Shown here in pieces: positions 1 through 12,025 of a stretch of DNA of 64,000 nucleotides. Source of the DNA: Octopus vulgaris. Lineage: Eukaryota. The notes below the pieces were generated by a model. The model had not been told where the DNA came from. It saw nothing but the letters and a program-made list of their open reading frames with translations, and did no database searches. Where the stretch lies: contig OX597814.1 in assembly GCA_951406725.2 (NCBI GenBank), positions 26,412,001 to 26,476,000 on the forward strand, in the 5' to 3' direction. Numbering within the stretch: position 1 is the first letter of the stretch; every line of letters begins with the position of its first letter. Position numbers and translations under genes: made by a program.

Positions 1-2423
1 AGGCAGCCACACCCTTTTACCTCTGTCACAGCTGAGAAGAGAAGTGGGTGGGTATACAGATTAAAGTCTTTTGACATTTCATTGACAAAGAGGAGGTAAA
101 CAAAAAACTTGCAGTCCACTGAGTGAAGCTTAGAAGCATAGCGAGAGAGAAAGAGAGCAGGCACAAGGAAAAAGTAAGAGGGAGAATGAGAAGGCAGAGA
201 GAGGTTTATGTAGGATATGTAGACAGTTAGTCAGAGAGAGAAAATGAGAAATAGAGATGTCAAAGATACAATTGGAGAGAGAGAGGGAGAGATGTAAAGA
301 GAGTAAAAAATAGATGAGAATGATGGAGACTGAGAGAGAAAGGGATGAGATAGACAGTAAAAAAAGATAGATAGCTGGAGGGAGAGAAAGTTTTGAAGAA
401 AGAAAACTACTTGAGAGAGAGTAAGACAGGGAAACACACTAAGAGAATATGGAACCTTAAAGAGAGAGGTCAAGAAAAATGGAAAAAAAGAAAGACTGAG
501 AAAGAGGGAGGTAAGAAATTTGAGGAAGAAAAATTGATAGATTACAAGACTCAGAGAAAGGGAAAGCTTTCCATTTCCTTATTTTTGTTGTTTGATAAAT
601 AGCTGTCTTGTCTTTTACAGTGGATAGCTTTGAATAGCTTTTGAATAGCTTAGTTCCACAGGCTTCTAGTAGGATCTTCCCATAGATGAGAGCAAACATA
701 ATAAAATGTCGGAGAAAGGGGGAGAGATTTGAGAAAGAGAGAGATTTGAGTGTGAAATAGAGAAAGAAAGTTTCCCTGCACCAATGGAGTATGTAGAGTC
801 TACACTTTAATGATGTGTGTATAATTGAGTTTGAAAGTGTTTCTATGTGTTTCTGCGCAGTTGGCTGCGAAGAATACAATAAAAACCAATTAGAAGAAGT
901 TTAACCAATAGAAAGAATGCTAAAAGGAAACTCTGTTTGAATACTGACTAAAAAGCACTGTTTCCTTCTTTGATGAGTGCCAGTAAATAGACAGTAAACA
1001 TAAAGAAGCCAGTAATATGTTACCCCTTCAAAATACAATGATAAAAAAAAAAAAGAAGTGCTAATAATTCCTCCAGGAATTATTAGCGTATACAGCCTAT
1101 GTATGCATGCAATGTATGTATATCTCTGTATACAATACACAGATACACACACAAACATCTTTGTGTAGACAGGCAAATGGATATTATGTGTACATACATG
1201 TATGTGTGTGTGTATGTATGTCGATAGATAAATAGATAGATAGACAAGCAGATAGAGGTATGTATATATACTATTTACACACATACACACACATATCTGT
1301 ATGTATGTATGTATGTATGTATGTATGCATGCATGCATGTATTCATACATGTATGTGTGTGTGTATATGATAAGGGTAAATTCATTTTACATTTCTTTGA
1401 TTCTTGTATGAATTAGACAGGTCTCACTGTCTCATCTCCTGTTAAGGCTCCAAAAGGATCAGTTACTGTTGGGGAAAGGAAGAATTTGGTTATTTTTGTT
1501 ATTGATGCAATGATAAGAAATTAAGCATTGTGACATGGTTCATTTTGTTCTAAGAATAGGAACAATTCTTGAACTTATTTCCAAATACAAATTTTATAAC
1601 CAAACCTTTTCAATTTGAATTCTAATGAATTAGTAAAGGAATGTTTGTTGAAACCTTTAAGAACATATGAGTTTTCTGGTTGGTAACCCACTCTGGGTTT
1701 TAATTTTTAAATCAGCAGCAAAATTTTGACCCAATAAAAATATTTGGCAATCATTAGCCACTTGGAACACTGGTTACAATATTTTCTTTCTTTACAAAGA
1801 AAATTTTATCATGCATTCCAAAATATTCCTGTTTCATCAACATTTATAATTTGTTCATCACCATAACCACCATCTTCATTATTTTTTTTCAATTCAGTGG
1901 AATATCACACTTCACAACCTTAACATTATGGATTCCACATCACACAAGTTTCAGAAAATGTTTTGTTAGTTTCCTCTTCAGTTTCATGTTTTCTTCTTTC
2001 TGTTATCTTAGGACATGGTAAACCAAGTGGCAGCCTTATTCTGGTGCTCAGTTGACTTAAAGAAATGTGCTTTTGTTTGCAATCTATGATTCAAATTAAC
2101 AGATGTTTCCTTTAAATCATTGTGATACTTGTTTCTTATTATTTAGAAATTTGACGATGAAGTAGCACTTTTCCAAGTTATTTATAGAGCTTCATATTCT
2201 GGATAATATTACACACTAATAGCAAGATCTAAATCTATTTTAACTTTAGTAACACAACTTTTATACCTGTTAATTATTCTTTTTTCACTAATTTAGAACT
2301 GATAATTTAGTGGTAAAAAGGTTGAAGGGAGAAGTACAAAGAAAAGGAGAAATAAAAGATGTTAAGCAGAGGTGGTATAGTTGAAGTGAGTGGCAAAGAG
2401 GGAGAGAGGAGAGACTGAGTGGA

Positions 2424-2768
2424 AGTGAGAGAGAAAGTGAGAGACAGTGAGTGGTGACTGAAAGGAAGGTGGTGTTCCTTTTTTGTTTTTAAATGCTTAT
2501 CAGTATTTTCAGAGTAGACTGATGCACATATCAAAAGAAAAGTAGATACCTACATACACACACACACATTGTTAAATTAAAAGCGGGAGAGCGGAGGGAC
2601 AGAGAGGAAGTGAGACAGAAAGAGAGAGAGAGTGAGACAGACAGTGAGTGGTGACTGAAAGGAAGGTGGTGTTCATTTTGTGTTTTTTAATGTTTATCAG
2701 TATTTTCAGAGTAGACTGATACATACATCGAAAGAAAAGTAAATACATAGATACATTGTTAAATCAAA
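2424..2768 (+). repeat. Local tandem duplication, two diverged ~150-bp units spaced ~196 bp apart
   Basis: acagtgagtggtgactgaaaggaaggtggtgttc...ttatcagtattttcagagtagactgat...cattgttaaat occurs at ~2445 and again at ~2641. Confidence 0.9.
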
Positions 2769-3009
2769 GACATGGGTGTCACTTTCACTTTTCTTTACCA
2801 CACAAGGATAAAATTAACATGTGGGTGGCTGAGTACTCCAAAGACATGCATACCTTTAATGTAGTTCTCATGGAGATTCAGCAACATTTTACAACAAATG
2901 GGTTTTATCATCATCATTATCATTATTATTATTGATAGGGTCTGATTTAATTGATTTTAGCTATCTGGAAAAAATTGATCTAGTTCTATACAAGCAATGT
3001 CTTTATATT

Positions 3010-3315
3010 AACCATATTTCAACCATTGCACCATAGCACACTTGTGTTTCACATATGGTCCATAAATGTGCTGCAAGGTTTTTTTTCAGTGATTTGGAAA
3101 ATATCAAGCTATTTAGAAAAGCTGAGTGTTTTTAATGTTACATGTTAATTCCTTTGAGGCAAAGCACAATGCTAGCAACGACTGTTCTAAAACAATTTTG
3201 ATACTTGGTTTTACATAATTAAACTTCTAAAAAGCTGATGGTGTTCCATAACACTTTATTATTTTAGCACATTATTCAGTGTGTTATGGATTAAAAAGGG
3301 TTGAAAAATCACTTG
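3010..3315. mobile_element. Degenerate hAT (Charlie-like) MITE
   Basis: Left end tttcaacc...gcacac and right end gtgtg...aaaaagggttgaaaaatcact form decayed terminal inverted repeats resembling Charlie-type ends; no TSD seen. Confidence 0.45.
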
Positions 3316-3972
3316 CCTTATATCATAATCAGTATATAAAGGCAGAGTTAACTTACAACAAATAGTATATTTAAGTGTGAAAAAAAAAAAAATTAAGCTT
3401 TTCTTTTTTCATTTCTTCTCTTTGTGTTTAGCAGACAATACCCAGTTTGTTGAACACATAACACATAATGTATAAAATAAACTTATAACAATTTGATCAC
3501 CTCAGTTTAAGTTCATTCATATGTTTGTTTGAGTTACTTGTTTGTGTGATTGAATCATTGATTGGTTATTGGGTATGTTTTAGTTGCTGATGTTGTTAGA
3601 ATATTTCTTTAATATGTTTATTTGTCTATTTCATTTGTGTCTTTATTTGTGTACAATGGACTACTGTGTTTGCCTCTATCAGTTAAGTGAAGAGAGGTAT
3701 TGACAATTAAGTATCCTGTCTAACACCTACACATGATTTCTACTTACAAAAGCCCATCAACTAGTAGTTCAACACACTCACACATTTCAATACACGTACA
3801 CACACATACATATACACTTACAGAGAGACACAGAGTAAGAAAAGGTAACAGACTGATAGATAATCACAATAGCCAGGTGGTTATTCAGAAAAATCTATTT
3901 GAGTTATGTGTGTGTGTGTTGATGTATTTATATAAATGTGTGTGTAGCTATATATGTGTGTGTGTATATATA

Positions 3973-4020
<48 letters not shown>

Positions 4021-4023
<3 letters not shown>

Positions 4024-4328
4024 GAAAGAATGGAGTTGAACAATGATTTTAACAAAATTCCTTTACTCTCGACACGTTTCGAAGGCTGCATATTCCTAAT
4101 TCCGAAGGAATAAAGGGTGCATTATGCCGCCATCTCATCAGGAATTTTGTTAAAATCGTCGTTCAACTCCATTCTTTCATTCATTCATAGTTAAAAAAAA
4201 CACACAAATTTACACACGAGAATATAGGATCCCTGCCCTTGGCATATAGCTTCAACCGTGTTTTCTGTTAACCGAATTTGCATACTAGGTATTCAGTTAA
4301 CCGAATTATCCATACTAGGATAATTCAT

Positions 4329-4333
<5 letters not shown>
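4021..4333 (-). mobile_element. Penelope-like pLTR/retrozyme-like element inserted in (TA)n
   Basis: 42-bp inverted repeat (4021-4062 / 4140-4181) encloses a hammerhead core; short tandem gttaaccgaat...catactagg repeats at 4267-4320; (TA)n on both sides; CpGs retained, suggesting youth. Confidence 0.65.
4051..4151 (-). ncRNA. Type I minimal hammerhead ribozyme (predicted)
   Basis: Minus strand: CUGAUGA (4141-4135), stem II gauggc/gccuuc, GAAA (4080-4077), loop CGUG, UC (4072-4071), stem I uuc/gag plus distal pairing. Confidence 0.65.
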
Positions 4334-4379
<46 letters not shown>

Positions 4380-4590
4380 TGCATATACGTGTGTGTGTGT
4401 AGATATATGATTTTAGTCATTCCATATTTGATGGACATATAGCAGTACATAAACCAACTCAAGAAATCTCTAGTGAAGTTACTGCAATAAAACTACAGAT
4501 AACAACTGTAATAAAAACTGTGCTGGTGCTTTACTCATCATCTATTTATACATTTTGCCCAATTTCTCCATTTTATATATATATATATAT

Positions 4591-4775
4591 CTTTTCTTTT
4601 TCTTTTTGTACTTGTTTCAGTCATTTGACTGCGGCCATGCTGGAGCACCGCCTTTAGAGCGGTGAAAGAGTACAGCAGGGATCACCACCTCCTGCCGGAG
4701 CCTCGTGGAGCTTTTAGATGTCTTTTTCGCTCAATAAACACACACAACGCCCGGTCTGGGAATCGAAACCGCGAT

Positions 4776-4777
<2 letters not shown>
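4591..4777 (-). mobile_element. Chimeric SINE: tRNA-like (family D-type) head fragment joined to family A 3' tail
   Basis: Minus strand ggatcgcggtttcgattcccagaccggg (B-box-like) ... taaaggcggtgctccagcatggccgcagtcaaatgactgaaacaagta, the same tail as 8837-8895. Confidence 0.7.
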
Positions 4778-4814
<37 letters not shown>

Positions 4815-4838
4815 CTCACAAAGACATTTAATATTGCC

Positions 4839-4869
<31 letters not shown>

Positions 4870-4933
4870 GTATAAAGGCATATGTATATATCTATGTATA
4901 TAGGCATATATATATATATATATATATATACAT

Positions 4934-5170
4934 ACTTTGATAGGTTTTCAGCTAGTATTGGCCCAGGCCACATCTAACTTAATAGCACTACTTGGCAAAG
5001 TTATTTGAATCTGGAATTGGGCAACATGGCCCACTCAAGTAGAGGGTTATTGTTTATGAAGACATATCTGGGTGTAGAAAGTTTATCCGATATTTCTTGA
5101 ACTTTATGGGGTCTACTTCTGCTTTAATGTGTTTTGGTGTAATGTTAAAGAGAATGGGGCCAATTACATA
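4934..5170 (-). mobile_element. CR1/L2-group LINE 3' fragment (ORF2 C-terminus and 3' UTR)
   Basis: Minus translation YVIGPILFNITPKHIKAEVDPIKFKKYRINFLHPD fits the GP.LFN.LP..I....FK..LD.FL..PD ORF2 end; flanked by (TA)n. Confidence 0.6.
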
Positions 5171-6124
5171 TGTATACATCTATGTGCTATATGCTATATG
5201 TGTGTGTATATATATATATATGTATATGTATATATTTGTATGTGTGTATGTATGTATATGTATGTATGTGTGTATATATATATGTATGTATGTATATGTA
5301 TGTGTATATATGTATGTATGTAAATATATATATATATATATACACATATATATATATACATATGCACATATATATATATATATACATATATACACATACA
5401 AACACACACACACACATATACATATATATATATATAACCCAATGCTAATGTTGTGAGGAACTTCAAAGGAAACCGGAAACTATTTCTAAATAAGTTTTTT
5501 TTTTTTTTTAACTATAAATTGAAAGCCATCATGTTAGGGAACTGATTAGCATCACTCTTTTAGTAATTTTTCTACATGCTAGTTTCCATCAAACAAAGTC
5601 GATCTCTCCTTTGAAAAACATGGAGCACTCTTTTTTATTTGTGTTTCGTTCTTTCAGTAGTGTATAAACATTTCCAAGGATTCATTAGAATTCATTTAGT
5701 GATGTTTAGAGAGTAAATTTTAGCTTCTGGGTCACTATCTCAGTTGTCTTTTTATCTATATTTTGGTTTTGTTTACTTTGTATATTCAATCAATGGGTGC
5801 CTGTACATACATATGTGTGTATATGTGGATTTCTATATCTTTATTTCGCTTCTTCTTACATATTTATGTAGTTTTATTCTATGTCTGTTATTCTATGTTC
5901 ATTGTTTGTTTGCACTGTTTATGCATTTCCTCAGCATTTTGTTTATGTGCATCAATGTATTTAGATAAACACAATGATGATAGATACACCTATATGTTTG
6001 GATACATTAGCAAATAGAGTAAGGTGTATCCAAATAAATAATAAACTCATCAATATAGATGCTACCTATATGAATCCCCAAAATATATGTATGTGTGTAT
6101 AGATGTGTGCCATAGATATCTCAA

Positions 6125-6670
6125 TGGCTATATGATTAAAAAGTTTTCTTCGCAGTCACTTGGTTTTAGGTTCAGTTCCACCATATAATCCCTTTGGCAA
6201 GTGTCTACTACTATAGAATTAGGATAATCAAAGCCTTTGCTGGAAAGAAACTATGTGGAAGCTTGAACCCATAGATGGAACTGTCCCTGTCCTTGAATGA
6301 TAGACTTAATCTGATTTAACACCACCACCACCTGGCCTTTGGGAATACCTTCAATAGAGTACACAGTTACAAGTATTCAGCTAAGTCTTTGGATCAAAGA
6401 TATTTTATTTTTATTCCCTTCCTCCCACTGGCCAGATGAGGGTAGAAAGTAGGATGAGGTTGATGAAATTGGCATGGCTAAGTAGGCTTACAAGTAGAAT
6501 GCTGAAAACATTGCTTTGTAGTATTTTTTCTGGCTCTCTCCATTCTGAGTTTAGATCTCACTAAGGTCAATTTTGCTTTACATATAGTACCAGTCAAAAA
6601 CTGGCATTGATGCAATCGCCTGGCTTCCCTCAAAATTTTTCTCCTTGTGCCCAAATTAGAAACAATTATT
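6125..6670 (+). mobile_element. Decayed SINE A head (6125-6265) and SINE B copy (6470-6670)
   Basis: ggttcagttcca...ggcaagtgtctactactatag; ttctgagtt...aaggtcaattttgcttt...ccttgtgcccaaattagaaacaattatt. Confidence 0.65.
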
Positions 6671-7847
6671 AATCTATTTATTAATGTCTTTATTGTTGTT
6701 GCTATCTCAACCTTTTTACTTGATTTAAATCCCCCATTGTTTCTTATTTCTTATTTTCTTTCATGTTGTTCCCAATATTTTGTGCCTTGATGGCCAATAA
6801 AACAAACCTAAATCATTATCATCATTATGGTTGCTCATTCTTTCTATTTTGTATATATATATATATATATAAATATACATACATATACAGAGAGAAAGAG
6901 AGAGACATGTATACACACACACACACATATATGTGTGTATGCGTGTTTATGTGTGTGTAAATAATAATATGCATACTTTATCTCCATGGTAAAATTTATC
7001 TTATTCTGAAATATTTCTTTCTCTTCTCCATCAAGTATGACGCTATTTCTGAAATCATAAATACACTCAGAAGTTCCCAAAAGAATAAATTCAATTATAG
7101 TTGTGGTGCTTAGCTTGGTTGGGAAAACAATCTTATTTACAATAAATATAAATCCTCTAAACTTTTGTTAATAACATGGAAATATATTCACACATGTGCG
7201 TACACAGACACACACACATACACACACACTTGTAAACATGTATGTATGTTTTTCTGTGAACTGAATCTATGTATATATCTGTAATTAAATATACATGTAT
7301 AGTTAAGCATATGCTCATTGAACACATACATACACCCACACATACACACACACAGACATATGATACTAGTTTTTAGAATATGTATATTGTATTCCTTCTT
7401 GTTGTAAGAAGTGGTTAAAAGTGTTGGTATCAGGAAGATCATCCAGCTGTAAAATGCCTTCTCAACGTCCTGTCCAGCCTTTTGCCAGCAAAGAAAAGTG
7501 AATGTAAAAGCAATGAGGGTGGTGATGGTAATACATGTTTCTGTTCATATACCTGTAAATAAATATACATATGATTCTGTGCATATACACATAGAATAAG
7601 ATATGCACATACAACACATATACACACATACAAACATTTATGTATAATGTATGTGAGTATCTCATCGATTTACATCCATTTTCAATACATGTATAAAATA
7701 AAGATAACATATGTACATATTTCTGACCTCATAAACATTGCTCTTGTGATGACTCTAATTACTTTTTAAGGAAAGTAACTCTTGTTTAGGTAAATTGAAG
7801 TTTGTATTGTGAATCACACATGTGTGCATGAGTATACATATATATGA

Positions 7848-7879
<32 letters not shown>

Positions 7880-8447
7880 GATGATGATGATATATATTAA
7901 TCAACTCTATTCTCAGACAGCATAGTTTTTCTTCATTATAATATCTTCAATATTTTGTAGATTAAATGTTTCACTTTGGCTGCATGAGAGTGGGAGCAAC
8001 AACCAAGTTTTAGTTTAGATAATAAATTTTTGATTGTCACACATATTGTTCAACCAATTCTCAAATGGTGCTTGGTTGTGACAAAATAGGAAACTGAACA
8101 AAAATATTTTCATCATCTCTCAAATTAACTTTTCCTTTAAGTAATTTCCCTTGAGTATGAGTGTTGGAAGTCACTGGTAAGCTAGAAGTTTTTTCTCAGA
8201 AAACCAAGTCTTACATTAGTTTAGAATATTTCTCTTTATCTTCTACGTGAAGACTGTGTACTGTGACAGCTTATGACAATACACAAGACATAAGAGTGTT
8301 CAAGGCTCCAGCAGTGAACTACAGAGAAACAAAAACAATGATGCAATATATATATATATATATATATATATTAATAAAAGGAATTCCAACCTTGTCTGAT
8401 TTTCACGTTTTATTAATATATTCTTCTATACACAATCACACACACCC

Positions 8448-8483
<36 letters not shown>

Positions 8484-8484
8484 A

Positions 8485-8897
8485 AGAGTGGCTGTGTGGT
8501 AAGTAGCTTGCTAACGAACCACATGGTTCTGGGTTCAGTCCCACTGTGTGGCACCTTGAGCAAGTGTCTTCTATTATAGCCATGTCTTCTACAAGGCCGA
8601 CCAAAACCTTGTGAGTGGATTTGGTAGACGGAAACTGAAAGAAGCCCGTCGTATATATGTATATATATGTGTATGTGTGTGTATATATTTTTGTGTCTGT
8701 GTTTGTTTCCCCAACATCACTTGACAACCAATGCTGTTGCGTTTACGACCCTGTAACTTAATGGTTCAGCAAAAGAGAGCGCTAGAATAAGTACTAGGCT
8801 TACAAAGAGTAAATCCTGGTGTCGATTTTGATCGACTAAAGGCGGTGCTCCAGATGGCCACAGTCAAATGACTGAAACAAGTAAAAGAGTAAAAAAG
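8485..8897 (+). mobile_element. Full-length SINE family A (tRNA-derived head, CORE-like domain, internal TA/TG tract)
   Basis: A-box gtggctgtgtgg, B-box ggttcagtccc, gtggcaccttgagcaagtg core, tail gactgaaacaagtaaaagagtaaaa; near-identical to 48139-48527 and to 61683-62100 (reverse). Confidence 0.9.
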
Positions 8898-9731
8898 GGT
8901 GTATATATATATATATATATATAAAGACAAATATGTATAGAAAATCCAGAAGCCTGAGTTGGATATTGAAATGTTAATGAGTATAATGGCAGTAGTGGTG
9001 CTGGAGATGGAAAAGATAACAGTAATAACAATGAGGCAAGAGAATCCATATTTATAATAATAATAAGAAGAAGAGTGTTGATGGCAGTGGTGAAGAGGAG
9101 GAGGAAGATAATGAAAGTGGTGGCAGTGGTGGAAATGATAATGAATAAGTAAACAATATAACAACAATATCAATAATGATAACATAATTAAAATAAAAGA
9201 TGATGATGAAGGGAGGGTGAGAGGAGAAGAGGAAGATATTGATGGTGATGATGATGAGGAAAAAGGAGGAGGTAAAGAAACAATAGTGGTTGCCTGACTA
9301 CAAGATGTGTGCGGAAATAAGAAACCAGAGAAATTGTCATCAGTGCATAAAATTCATTTCTCCAGGAGCAAAAAAGGACTTCACACGAGATGTTGAAAAA
9401 AGTAAATAAAACATGATAAATAACTAAAATAACATAAAAACTGGGATGAATTCCTTGTTCCTAATTTCACTTGTTTATCACTTTTGTCTTTTCATTGTCG
9501 TTACTGCTGCTGTTACTGTTTTTTGTTTTGTTTTTTTCATACTTGCCTTTTATGTCATATTATTTTTTATTTGCAATTATATTCATCTTTTACATTTGCT
9601 AGTTTGGACAGAGAAACAACTTCTATATTTTTTTTTAGTCTATGCTAATTTTATTTCATTTTAGTTTTTATTATTTATTTCTTTGTACCCCCTATCCTTC
9701 GCCCTGGTGGCAAATAAAAGAAAGCAGTATT

Positions 9732-9903
9732 AAGCACCCACTACACTCACGGAGTGGTTGGCGTTAGGAAGGGCATCCAGCCGTAGAAACACTGCCAGAT
9801 CAGACTGGGCCTGATGTGGCCTTCCAGCTTCACAGACCCCAGTTGAACCGTCCAACCCATGCTAGCATGGAAAGCGGACGCTAAATGATGATGATGATGA
9901 TGA
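9732..9903 (+). mobile_element. SINE family C 3' part with (ATG)n tail, young copy
   Basis: ggcgttaggaagggcatccagccgtagaaac...ccaacccatgctagcatggaaagcggacgctaaatgatgatg; near-identical reverse copy at 34460-34635. Confidence 0.85.
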
Positions 9904-9906
9904 TTA

Positions 9907-10135
9907 AGGTGATAAGCTAGCAAAATCATTAGCACACTGGGCAAAATGCTTTGTAGTATTTCGTCTGTCTTTACATTCTGAGTTTAAATTCCATGGAGGT
10001 GACTTTACCTTTCATTCTTTCAGGATCGATAAAATAAGTACCAGTTGATCATTGGGGTTGATGCAATCAACTCACCCTCTCCCCCAAACTTACTGGCTTT
10101 GTACCAACATTTGAAATCATTATTATTATTATTAT
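9907..10135 (+). mobile_element. SINE family B (tRNA-like head, Meta-like domain, (TTA)n tail)
   Basis: ttctgagtttaaattcc...gactttacctttcattctttcaggatcgataaaataagtaccag...cattattattatt. Confidence 0.85.
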
Positions 10136-10139
10136 TTTT

Positions 10140-10757
10140 AAATCAAAAATGGAAATTGTAGTTGTGGCTAATGCCAGTGCTGCCTGACTGGCTCCCATGC
10201 TGGTGGCACACAATAAGCATCATTCATGCATGGGTCATTGCCACCTAACTGGCTTCCTGTGCTGGTGGCACATAAAAAGCACCATCTGAACTTAGTCAAT
10301 GCCAGCCCTGCCTGCCCTGACTGGCTCCTGTGCCAGTAGCACGTAAAAAGCACCATCCAAACAAGGCCAATGCCAGTGCTGCCTGACTGGCTCCCTTGCT
10401 GGTAGCATGCAATAAGCACCATTCATGCTTAGGTCGTTACCAGTTCCACCTGACTGGCACCCCATGCTGGTGGCATGTCAAAAGCACCATCCGAATGTGA
10501 TCGATGCTAGCCCCCCACCCCCACCAAACATGGCTGATGCCAGTGCTGCCTGACTGGCTCCCATGCCAGTGGTACATAAAAAGCACCCACTACACTCTCA
10601 GAGTGGTTGGTGTTAGAAAAGGCATCCAGCTGTAGAAACATTGCCAGATCAGATTGGAGCCTGGTGCAGCCTCCTGGCTTGCTAGTCTCCAGTCAAACCG
10701 TCCAACCTGTGCTAGCATGGAAAATTGACATTAAACGATGATGATGATGATGATGAT
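10140..10757 (+). mobile_element. SINE family C with ~7 tandem ~60-70-bp internal units
   Basis: tgccagtgctgcctgactggctccc..gctggtggcac.taaaaagcacc repeated over 10171-10590, then the family C tail and (ATG)n. Confidence 0.85.
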
Positions 10758-10759
10758 AA

Positions 10760-11012
10760 TGTCAGACAAAATGCTTAGTGGCATTTCATCCATCTATATG
10801 TTCTGAATTCAAATTCAGCCAAGGTCGACTGTGCCTTTCATCTTTCAGGGTTGATGAAATAAGCACCAGTTGTGCACTGGAGTCAATGTAATCTTCTGAC
10901 TCTACATTGTGTCTTTCTTCCTTTCAGATTGATAGGATAAAATGCCAGTCAAGCATTACCTTATCACCTTATAATCTGCTGACCTTGTGCCAAAATTAGA
11001 AAGGATCATTAT
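10760..11012 (+). mobile_element. SINE family B
   Basis: aaaatgcttagtggcatttc...aaggtcgactgtgcctttcatctttcagggttgatgaaataagcaccag...ccttgtgccaaaattagaaagg. Confidence 0.8.
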
Positions 11013-11215
11013 TAGTAATAGTAGTAGGAGGAGGAGAAGGGTTTTGCTGGATGCAGCATTGTCAAGTTAGCAAGACCCTATTGCCACCACTGCTACTACC
11101 ACCACCACCACCAACAACAACACCATCACCAACAACACCATCATCACTAACTCCACCAACACCACCACTAATAACAACAAAAACAATAATAATAATAATA
11201 ATTATTATTATTATA

Positions 11216-12025
11216 ATGGATGTGGCTCAGCAAAGGTAACTTTAAAAAGAGCATTGAAAGCCTGACCATCATTGCCCAGGACCAGATATTAAATGCCAAC
11301 TTATTGGAAAGGGACATATACCACACAAGTGCAACAAACCTCGGCAGAATATGCGAGATGGTTGAAAGTATGACTCACATCATTAGCACTTATAAAAGTC
11401 TTGCACAGAAAGAGTACAAGTGCAGACATGACAAGGTAGCCCTAAACCTTGACTGGTTACTAAGCCAGAAGTATGGATATGAGGTAATGGGTACTTGGTG
11501 CCAACATATACTGAAAAAGATAATGGATAAAAATGGGAAGGCAAGGATCCTCTGGGACTTTGACTTCCGAACACAAAAGGTGTTAGAGTACTAGAGACTG
11601 GATATAGTAGCCTTTAAGAGGGACAAACAAGAGTGCCTAATAATTGATGTGGCAGTACCAGGAGATCAACATATTGTCATAAAAGAAAGAGAAAAGACCA
11701 AAAAATATGGAGACCTGGAAACTGAGATCACCAAGATGTGATAGCTGTCAGAGTTAAATATAAAGATTGTTCCTGTTGTCATTAGAGCATTAGCTTTAAT
11801 ACCTCCCAACCTGAAGAAACATCTGAACACTTCAGAAATACCCTACACTCTTTGAGTATTGCAAAAATCAACTTTACTTGGAACTGCACACATACTGTAT
11901 AAAGTGCTGTCTGTCTGAGGTCCTTGTTGTGACATGACAGACAGCACAAATCCCTGGTACTCACAATATCTTCAATCTGCAACATCATAATATGGGTACT
12001 GTGTGACATATTCCATAATGATAAT
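11216..12025 (+). mobile_element. 5'-truncated R4/Dong-like non-LTR retrotransposon (zinc knuckle and restriction-like endonuclease), pseudogenised
   Basis: One frame with internal stops: AQDQILNAN...ESMTHIIS...YKCRHDKVA...ILWDF...RLDIV...CLIIDVAVPGD...EKTKKYGDL...IVPVVIRAL...LQKSTLLGTAHIL..VLSV* (ends 11918); TAA/TTA repeats on both flanks. Confidence 0.9.

Noticed and set aside
620-890. Possible LINE 3' end on the minus strand
   Set aside because: Only vague resemblance and no diagnostic motif
1930-1990. Minus-strand CUGAAGA-ggaaa...uuucu-GAAA hammerhead-like core
   Set aside because: Followed by UG rather than UH, and no proximal stem I
8485-8560. tRNA-like A/B boxes (also at other SINE heads, e.g. 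23478)
   Set aside because: These are SINE heads with no complete cloverleaf, not tRNA genes
10171-10590. Regularly spaced repeats resembling a CRISPR array (also 34636-34850)
   Set aside because: The inter-repeat segments are related to each other, the arrays lie inside a eukaryotic SINE, and there are no cas genes
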